From the IMG/VR virus record IMGVR_UViG_3300027893_000005, positions 1 to 50,326 of that record: DNA of 50,326 bases; one strand, given 5' to 3'. The DNA comes from a virus. Its lineage: Duplodnaviria > Caudoviricetes. Below are positions 43,547 to 50,326 of the stretch, one piece after another. The number at the start of each line of letters is the position of its first letter. Within the stretch, counting starts at the first letter, position 1. The position numbers and the translations under genes are program-made. The notes beneath the pieces are model-generated. The model was not told where the DNA came from. It saw only the letters and a list, made by a program, of their open reading frames with translations, and ran no database searches.

Positions 43547-46148
43547 AGGCATCCGAGTCAATTGTCGAGGTGGCGATGGCCCCTTCGTCCTGGCCGTCGA
43601 AGTCGATGAAGGGCTCGTCAACGTCATCCTGCACAAGGTTGAGGCAGGCCCCCACACCGGTAGCGCTATCCTGGTGAACCTTCATCACCGGGTTCGTGGC
43701 GCTTGCGACATTCCTCGTCACGCGCATCCCGATGTAGTTCCCGTTGGGATCAAACTCGCCCGTGCCCCGGTCGGCCCTGACCATGTAGGTCAGGCCGGAG
43801 TAGTTCCCGGAGTACCCACGCACGATGGCCCCATTGATGATCTCTTGCCAGGCCGGGGTCTGGCCCATGTTCCAGTTGAAGTATTTCACCCCTGTGCTTG
43901 CCTTGAAGAGGAGCATCTGCTCACCAGCATCGGCCGCGCCGCTGATCTGGGCAACCTGCTGAGCCCAGTTCCCGGCGAAGAAGCGGAAGTGGGTGGCATT
44001 GATCAGGTCAAGCGCCGGGATCGCGGTGCTGAAGTTCAGCTTGTCAGTCCCGGCCAGGTTGCGGATCACGAAGGTCTCGCCGTCAGCCACCTTGGGAGAC
44101 AACTTCAGCGGGCCGTCAGGGGTCAAGAAGTTGTTGACCACCCGGCTGCTGTTGCCTACCAGGGAGTACGGAGTCGTGACACTGTTTTGGGTGTTGCAGT
44201 TGGTGTAGTTGTTCCAGATACCGGAGCCGCCGGTCTCCTCAAAGCCCACGTCGCAGAAGTGGGGCTGGACGTGGAAGACGAAGGTGCCGGACACGTTGTC
44301 GATCTTGATCCCGCTCACCGCAGCCACGTTGTTAGCGTAGTTGCCATCCACCTGGAGGTCGCGGATGCTACAGTCGGCCGCTGTGACGTTGATGATGGCA
44401 GCCAGTTCCGCACCGTTGATCTGCTTGATGATGGTCACACCATCTCCGGAGCCGATCAAGTCCTTGCCCCAATCAGAGACGACAACCATCCCGTCGATGT
44501 TGTAGGTGCCAGGCATGAGAAGTACGCGCACGCGGGAGGCTGAGTTGAGGGCCAGGTTGATCTCCTCCTGGTCGCTGGTGCCGTCGCACACGTAGTCGGC
44601 CCACGCCTTGGCCTGGGTAGTGGAGTTGTCAGCGGCCACGATCTTGTCGAAGAAGCGCTGCGGGGCTCCACCAGCACCGGACGGATAGTTGGCATCGATG
44701 ACGTTGCCGTTCACGTTGTTGAGTAGGTTGGTCAGGTCATCGTGGTCGCGGACAGAGTTGCCCACGATGACGGTGTAGCTTGTGGTAGTGTGACCGTAGA
44801 TGCCGTAGGTGGTGGCAGCACCGGCCTTGCCACGCAGGACGTTGCTGGTCACGGAGCCATAGTCCCACCCGCCGATGTAAACGGAGTGGGTGTCCCCGCC
44901 GTTCTTGACGATGTTGCCGTCGATGACGAAGTGCTCACCACCGCCAGAGATGGGCGTCTCCAGTTGGATACCATAGGACTCGAAACCGGCGATCCGACAG
45001 TCCACGATCTGGATGTCGTTGCAATACCCGGCCACCGCGATGCCCACTCTCGGAGTAGACTGACCGCTGTTGCAGGAGAGGCGACAGTCACTGATCTCGA
45101 TGCCAAGGCCGATGCCATCACAGTCAATCCCGACACCATCCTGCACATCCAGGATACAGCCGTCGATGGTTACTTCGGTGGTGCCCCCGATCAGGATTCC
45201 CTTGGTAGCGACACCAGTGGCCACAATCCGGCAGTTGCTCAACTGTACGTCGTTCGCGGCTCCTATCCGGAGGGCATAGGTACTTCCACCACCGAAGCGG
45301 CAGTTGCTGATCCTGGCCCCAGTGATGGCCGAAACGCCACTGATGTAGAGGCCCGTCCCCGCGCAATAGAATTTGCAGCCATCCACCAGGAGATCAGTTA
45401 CCTCTAGCTGACCGGCCTGGATCACGGTGGACTCCATCACAATGTCGCGCAGGGTAAACTTACTGGCACCATTAGAGTCACTCATATCAATACCCATAGC
45501 GCCAGAGACCATGCGCAAGTCCAGGAAGTCGAACTGGGTGGGAATGCCACCGGCCACCGAGTCAATGTAGATAAGGGTCTGGGAGCCAGCGTGATCAACC
45601 GTCATGTGCTCCATGCGGAACCGCGTGACCCCGCCCGTGCCAACAGCATTTATCGTCACAGTGGGGCTAGCAGCCGTACCCTGGAGCAGGACTTCGCCTC
45701 GGCCTGCTCCCACGAGCCACAAGTCGGCAGTCTTGCCAGCAATGGTCAGGTTCTCCTGGTACGTCCCGGAGCATATCCAGACCAGACCACCGGTGATGCC
45801 CAGTGAGTTGATCGCGGCCTGGATGGTTGTGTGCGTCCCTATCCCAGGCGTGGGGTGCACGAAGGCGGCGTAGCACATCTTGCCACCACCGCCCATGCCG
45901 GAGGGAACCATGACCTGGATACGGATGTCGTCGCGGGTGATCCTGGGCCGAGCGTAGTACATGCCAGGGGCCAGGCCCGTGAAGGTGGCGGTGCCTGAGT
46001 CGTCCGTGGTCTCCACCCCGGCAACGTGCTGGATAGGGTCGCGGGCAGAGGTGGTGAACAGGTTGACATCAATAGCCTCGACTTCCACCCCGATCAGGGG
46101 GTTGCCGTGCTTGTCGGTCACGTTGCACTTGAAGACGAAGTTGCTCAT
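43491..46148 (-). CDS. Tail spike / receptor-binding protein with parallel beta-helix (pectate-lyase-like) domains
   Basis: TTIQAAIN..GTYQENLTI and DQEEINLALN..PGTY cap motifs, each followed by beta-helix repeats; N-terminal Ig-like segment. Confidence 0.85.
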   Translation of the reverse strand: MSNFVFKCNVTDKHGNPLIGVEVEAIDVNLFTTSARDPIQHVAGVETTDDSGTATFTGLAPGMYYARPRITRDDIRIQVMVPSGMGGGGKMCYAAFVHPTPGIGTHTTIQAAINSLGITGGLVWICSGTYQENLTIAGKTADLWLVGAGRGEVLLQGTAASPTVTINAVGTGGVTRFRMEHMTVDHAGSQTLIYIDSVAGGIPTQFDFLDLRMVSGAMGIDMSDSNGASKFTLRDIVMESTVIQAGQLEVTDLLVDGCKFYCAGTGLYISGVSAITGARISNCRFGGGSTYALRIGAANDVQLSNCRIVATGVATKGILIGGTTEVTIDGCILDVQDGVGIDCDGIGLGIEISDCRLSCNSGQSTPRVGIAVAGYCNDIQIVDCRIAGFESYGIQLETPISGGGEHFVIDGNIVKNGGDTHSVYIGGWDYGSVTSNVLRGKAGAATTYGIYGHTTTSYTVIVGNSVRDHDDLTNLLNNVNGNVIDANYPSGAGGAPQRFFDKIVAADNSTTQAKAWADYVCDGTSDQEEINLALNSASRVRVLLMPGTYNIDGMVVVSDWGKDLIGSGDGVTIIKQINGAELAAIINVTAADCSIRDLQVDGNYANNVAAVSGIKIDNVSGTFVFHVQPHFCDVGFEETGGSGIWNNYTNCNTQNSVTTPYSLVGNSSRVVNNFLTPDGPLKLSPKVADGETFVIRNLAGTDKLNFSTAIPALDLINATHFRFFAGNWAQQVAQISGAADAGEQMLLFKASTGVKYFNWNMGQTPAWQEIINGAIVRGYSGNYSGLTYMVRADRGTGEFDPNGNYIGMRVTRNVASATNPVMKVHQDSATGVGACLNLVQDDVDEPFIDFDGQDEGAIATSTIDSDASIRVELNGVDYKIPLYAV

Positions 46149-46672
46149 TAGGAGCCGCCCTCGTGCAGGCTGCGCACCTGCTCACCATTCCAGGCATGGC
46201 TCAGCACCCAGTTCCGGCGCTGTAGCACATCCTGGGCAAAGATGTCGATCACGATGTACCCGACAGCGGCCAGGTTCATCTTCTGCATGATGTCGGACGC
46301 TTCCTTAGCGGGATTCCCGATATGGAAGAACTCGCCCTGGACACGCCAGGCCATCCGCTGAGAGGGAAAGTCGAAGTCTACCACGGCACCACCGTAAAGC
46401 TGGCGACCGCCCATGCGGGAGGACTGGAAGATGAAGTCGTCCATCGGTTCCAGGCCCTTCTTGACCAGCCAGTCGAAGACAAGGAACTCAGGAAAGGTGC
46501 CGCTCCATTGGGCCTCCCAGCGCAGGTAACGGCGCACAATGTCCGGCGGCTGTGGCGGCTCTTGTACGGGCGGCTCTGGCAGCACGGGCACCTTGCGCTG
46601 GACTTCTACCCCGCGCACGCGGCGGGGAGAAATCCCGGTCAGGCTGGAGGCTCCACCGTCGAATGTGCTCAT
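46148..46672 (-). CDS. Vsr/DUF559-like nuclease-fold protein within the tail module
   Basis: FQ..VDFDFP..AWRVQGEFFH..D..L...GYIVIDIF. Confidence 0.6.
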   Translation of the reverse strand: MSTFDGGASSLTGISPRRVRGVEVQRKVPVLPEPPVQEPPQPPDIVRRYLRWEAQWSGTFPEFLVFDWLVKKGLEPMDDFIFQSSRMGGRQLYGGAVVDFDFPSQRMAWRVQGEFFHIGNPAKEASDIMQKMNLAAVGYIVIDIFAQDVLQRRNWVLSHAWNGEQVRSLHEGGS

Positions 46673-48651
46673 TACCAGTCCACCGGCTCCATGACCTGGA
46701 CAGCCACGCGGCCCCGGCGACGGCTGGAGACGATCTCCTGCTCCGAGGTAGGCATGGATACCAGGTCAACCTTGGTCGCGGTCACGTCGGCGTAGGAGAA
46801 GGCGACCAGGCGCTTCGTGTTCCACAGTACCCTCAACTGGGCGTACAGGGTCTCGAAGTTGGCCACGACCCCCTCGTCGATGTTGCGGGACACGTCCACT
46901 GTGAACAGGTAGCTCATGCGCAGGCCAGGCTTCTTGCGAAAGACGAAGGTCATGGGCAGTGGCTGTGGGGTGCTGGTATCGTCACCGGTGTCTCCGTACA
47001 GGGTGAAACGGAACTTGATCGTGGTGAACTCCTGACCCTCGACGACCGTACCAGCGACAGCGCCGGTGGCGTTGTGCTTGAAGTTGAAGTGCGTCTGCGT
47101 CCCGTTGAAGGTGCCCAGGGTGTACCAGGTACTGTCGTCGCCATCGACCGCGTACTGCACCTTGCAGGAGGTGTTGGTGTCGAAGTCCCCAGCGCACCAC
47201 ATTTGGAAGGCGGCTCCCACAAGCTCGCGGAACCCGCCGTCCAGCCAGGGTGTCTCCAGCTTGTAGCCCCCAGCATCGTTCTCGAAGTGGCCGGTGCCCA
47301 CCAGGGGGTTGTCGGAGCCCTCGTTGAAGTCAATGGAGAAAGCGGTGGGAGTCTGAGAGAACTGCCAGATGCGCTTCTGGGGAGCAGCCAGGCCCCAGTT
47401 GCTGTGACTCTTGTCAGTGACCAGGAGCCCGGCGGGGACTCCGGTCTGCCTCTTTCCGATGGGATGCCAGGTGGCTCCCCGGTACTCCCAAATCCACATG
47501 TAGGTTCCATCCGTGATCTGGGCATAGAGGTAGCCACCGATGTCGCCCCAGAGGGCATCGACGTACCAAGCCTCACCGTCGAGGAAGCCCTGGTCGCGCA
47601 CGATGTCGATGGGACGGACGACTCCGGGATCGCCGGGCACGTAGTGGACGATGTGGAGCCCGTCAGTGAGCACCAGACCGTCCTGCCACACGCACCCTGC
47701 CCGGATGTCAGAGATGTCCAAAGGGACGGGATAATACCTGCGTGCGTAGAAGTCGAGCACGTACAGCTTGTTGGCCATGTAGTAGGGAGCAAGTTCACCC
47801 CACGGTGAACGGGCCGGGCCAATGAACCTCCCGATGGTAGAGTTGGGGAGTCGCCAGATGGGATCGGGCTGAGCCCCGCCGGAGTCCTTGACCAAGGTGT
47901 CACCGTCCAGCGAAACGTAAACGTGGCCAGGGCGTACCCAGATACCGGCAGCAATCTCGAAGGTGGCATTGGCCAGAACGAGCAGCTTGTTGTCATACTC
48001 CATGAGCGTTCTGGCCGGGAAGCTCTCGGTGAGCGCAGTCCATGTGCCTCCGCCCCCAGACGGGGTAAAATGGCCCAGGCCATTGTTGCCGGGAGCGGCC
48101 GTGGTATCCAGGTTGCAGACGAATAGGCGAGGTACGCCAGACTGCCCCAGCGTTCCCTCGACTGGCTGGTACTGATCCATGTCCTGGAGCTTTTGCCCGC
48201 TTGCGGGCTCGCCCTCGTCTACCCAGGCGGAGCCATCGGCGGCTGCTGAGTAAAGGTGGGTGCCAGATAGGAAGACAATGCGAACGGCTGCACCCATTAC
48301 CTCGTAGTGCATGGCTGTGCGCCGCCTACGGGCGAAGACGTTGCCAGCGCCGCCCGCGATGCCAGTACCGGCCGTAGCCTTGAGCGGAAGGGTGGCCTGC
48401 CTGGGGATGCGCGTGTCTACGCCGGTGGTGTGGGCAAACCGGGCCAAGTCCTCGCGGGAGAGGCCGTGAGAAATGCCAGGCCCGCCGGAAAAGTCCTCAA
48501 AGACGTTGAAGCCCGCGCCCTGGCGGGCGTCATAGGACTCTTCACCAATTCGGATGTTGGCAGCAAAGTCGCTGACCGGCTGCGATACTACCTGCCCACG
48601 GACGTAATACTCCGTACCTCCGAGCTTTACCTTGTTGATTTTGGAGGCCAC
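46672..48651 (-). CDS. Tail nozzle / tubular protein B-like
   Basis: 659 aa, beta-rich, after the adaptor genes; LETPWLDGG motif. Confidence 0.7.
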   Translation of the reverse strand: MASKINKVKLGGTEYYVRGQVVSQPVSDFAANIRIGEESYDARQGAGFNVFEDFSGGPGISHGLSREDLARFAHTTGVDTRIPRQATLPLKATAGTGIAGGAGNVFARRRRTAMHYEVMGAAVRIVFLSGTHLYSAAADGSAWVDEGEPASGQKLQDMDQYQPVEGTLGQSGVPRLFVCNLDTTAAPGNNGLGHFTPSGGGGTWTALTESFPARTLMEYDNKLLVLANATFEIAAGIWVRPGHVYVSLDGDTLVKDSGGAQPDPIWRLPNSTIGRFIGPARSPWGELAPYYMANKLYVLDFYARRYYPVPLDISDIRAGCVWQDGLVLTDGLHIVHYVPGDPGVVRPIDIVRDQGFLDGEAWYVDALWGDIGGYLYAQITDGTYMWIWEYRGATWHPIGKRQTGVPAGLLVTDKSHSNWGLAAPQKRIWQFSQTPTAFSIDFNEGSDNPLVGTGHFENDAGGYKLETPWLDGGFRELVGAAFQMWCAGDFDTNTSCKVQYAVDGDDSTWYTLGTFNGTQTHFNFKHNATGAVAGTVVEGQEFTTIKFRFTLYGDTGDDTSTPQPLPMTFVFRKKPGLRMSYLFTVDVSRNIDEGVVANFETLYAQLRVLWNTKRLVAFSYADVTATKVDLVSMPTSEQEIVSSRRRGRVAVQVMEPVDW

Positions 48652-48655
48652 GGGA

Positions 48656-49222
48656 CTAGTTCCTCACGCGCTGGGCATCTGGAAATGGCAAGAACGACGA
48701 CCGCTGCCTGGCATCCTCGGCCAGGCGGTGAGCCGACGCCTCGCGCGGGCTCCCAAGGTTGCCCAGGAGGATGGCGGCAGCCTTGTTGACCACATAGGCG
48801 TCGGAGATGTAGAGCACGTCGTCCCCGGCGGACAGGCTATCCTGGAACGCCTGGCCCTCGATCCGCAGCTTCCTGGAATCGAGCGGAGTCCACATCCTCT
48901 CATCGAACACTAGCTTAGGGCCAGCAATGATTCGGTATTGATAAGGCCAAACGATGTTAGTGGTAGGGAAGTCCCCGTCAGCGTCAGCCATTGTGACGCG
49001 GTAGATGTAATCCATGCCAACCCCAGAGATGTCGTACTCGTAGGTGTCCTCCGAGAGCGTAACGGTTGTCTCGTCCGGGTCAACGTGGTACGGCATCTCA
49101 GTCCGCACCTCGTCAATGGCGTCATTGATGGCCTGCTCAAGCTCCTCGTCAGTGACTTGGGGAGCGAGCCCCTTGCCAACGCGGGCCATGACCCGGCGCT
49201 TGATGGTGTCGAGCATCTGCAT
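48656..49222 (-). CDS. Head-tail adaptor protein
   Basis: N-terminal helices DEELEQAINDAI, then TLSEDTYEYD; size and synteny. Confidence 0.7.
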   Translation of the reverse strand: MQMLDTIKRRVMARVGKGLAPQVTDEELEQAINDAIDEVRTEMPYHVDPDETTVTLSEDTYEYDISGVGMDYIYRVTMADADGDFPTTNIVWPYQYRIIAGPKLVFDERMWTPLDSRKLRIEGQAFQDSLSAGDDVLYISDAYVVNKAAAILLGNLGSPREASAHRLAEDARQRSSFLPFPDAQRVRN

Positions 49223-49569
49223 TACTTCTTATCCTCCCTGTGCCACTGATGGAACCTCCACCACCAGTGACCGGCAACGGCGGTCGCAATGGCAGCGGGC
49301 CAGCCGTGCCAGAAGACCGACTCCCAAGTCTCAAAGCTGGGCCGGTGGGAGAAGAGTCCGGCCCAGCCCCAGCAGTGGCCACTCTCGGCCACATGATTGC
49401 GCAAGGCAATACCGAGACCACCGAACCCGATGGTCGCGCCCCAGAAGAACAGGACAAGCTCCAGGTAGGGTCTCCAGGGAGACCTGCGTAGCCACAGGAG
49501 GCTGGCCACCAGCAGGGCCACGATCCCGGCCGCTGTCGGAGTCATCAGCCTGCGCCTCCATTTCCCCAT
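49222..49569 (-). CDS. Three-TM membrane protein, holin candidate
   Basis: Three hydrophobic Trp-rich segments, charged termini; TAATG coupling on both sides. Confidence 0.55.
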   Translation of the reverse strand: MGKWRRRLMTPTAAGIVALLVASLLWLRRSPWRPYLELVLFFWGATIGFGGLGIALRNHVAESGHCWGWAGLFSHRPSFETWESVFWHGWPAAIATAVAGHWWWRFHQWHREDKK

Positions 49570-50222
49570 TACTGAGCCCTCCCAGGCACGATCCTCGCAC
49601 CCGGAGTCGGGCGGTACTTGGGCGGAATGGTGGGCACTAGCTCGTCGCGCAACCGGCGCTCCGCCTTCTGGTCAAGCCGGGTCTCAGCGGACTCTAGCTT
49701 GTGCCAGTCGGACAGATCAGAAGCAGTGCCACCGAGGGCCGCATGTAGAGCGCTCAGGCACGCCTGGATCAACCAGCCGGGCTCGATCTGGATGATGTCG
49801 GTATCGGCCGTGATGGTTGCCTTGTTAGCACCGGAGGCAGGCTTCACGGTGTTGGCCTCCCATCCAGCAATGACCGGGTTCTGGCTCGTGGTAGGGGTAA
49901 AGAACGGGGGCCGGAAGCAAAGCTGGGGCTCAGTGGTGCCACCGGATACACCGGCCCGGATGTCCCAGGCGTAGTCAGGAAGCTGGCGACCGTTGGCGTC
50001 CCAAACGGCCTGGATGTACAGGAACTTGTCAGGCACGTCGTACTCGCTGGTGCCGGTGGTCATGGAGATAGTGGCGGGCTCTACGACCACCACCAGGTCG
50101 CCGTACACGGCAAGCAAGGCAGCGTTCATGGCTGCCATGAGAACCTCGTCTGCGACAGATGCGGAGGTCTCCCCGATCAGGTGGCGAACTATGTCGTCCA
50201 TCAAGGACTTCCACGTAATCAT
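49569..50222 (-). CDS. Head-tail adaptor-like protein (paralogue of 48656..49222)
   Basis: DEVLMAAMNAAL..SMTTGTSEYDVP parallels the other adaptor. Confidence 0.65.
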   Translation of the reverse strand: MITWKSLMDDIVRHLIGETSASVADEVLMAAMNAALLAVYGDLVVVVEPATISMTTGTSEYDVPDKFLYIQAVWDANGRQLPDYAWDIRAGVSGGTTEPQLCFRPPFFTPTTSQNPVIAGWEANTVKPASGANKATITADTDIIQIEPGWLIQACLSALHAALGGTASDLSDWHKLESAETRLDQKAERRLRDELVPTIPPKYRPTPGARIVPGRAQ

Positions 50223-50232
50223 GACTCACCTC

Positions 50233-50299
50233 TGGTGGAGGAGGGCGGGAGTCTCACCCGCCGTTTCCCGACCGGAGCCGGGGCCTCATACACTCCCCC
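50233..50299 (-). ncRNA. 67-nt tRNA-like element lacking D-stem and anticodon loop
   Basis: GGGGGAG/CUCCUCC acceptor with G3-U70, A73 and CCA; GGCGGG-UGAGACU-CCCGCC T-arm; CCCGGC-UCCG-GUCGGG hairpin. Confidence 0.7.
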
Positions 50300-50326
50300 A
50301 CAAAAGATTAGACAGTGCCCACTTCC

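Noticed and set aside
43491-46148. Diversity-generating retroelement acting on the tail spike
   Set aside because: No reverse transcriptase gene and no template/variable repeat pair seen.

Overview
The window looks like an essentially complete, GC-rich (roughly 60-65% by eye) tailed-phage genome with podovirus-like organisation, opened at an arbitrary point. A minus-strand late operon starts at a sigma70-type promoter near 16.85 kb and runs through terminase, portal, ejection proteins, a LAGLIDADG endonuclease, scaffold and major capsid down to position 1. It appears to continue across the window ends (50326 to 43491) through two adaptors, a nozzle and a beta-helix tail spike. The plus strand (17.0-43.5 kb) carries an RHH regulator, tRNA-Trp(CCA), tRNA-Gln(CUG), an AT-richer control region, many small early genes, a family A DNA polymerase, UDG, an NDT-fold hydrolase, a DinG-type helicase, Cas4-like and ERCC4 nucleases, an ATPase, a metallophosphoesterase and a probable endolysin. 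I recognised no integrase, CI repressor, primase or DnaB helicase. The most unusual signals are non-coding: (1) a ~120-nt late leader whose two hairpin loops are complementary to adjacent halves of the first RBS region, (2) a 67-nt tRNA-like element with alanine identity marks but no anticodon loop, and (3) a cluster of Gram-positive-type LexA boxes at the start of a GATC-depleted early region. Protein calls come from motif recognition and synteny only, and RNA folds and counts were done by hand.
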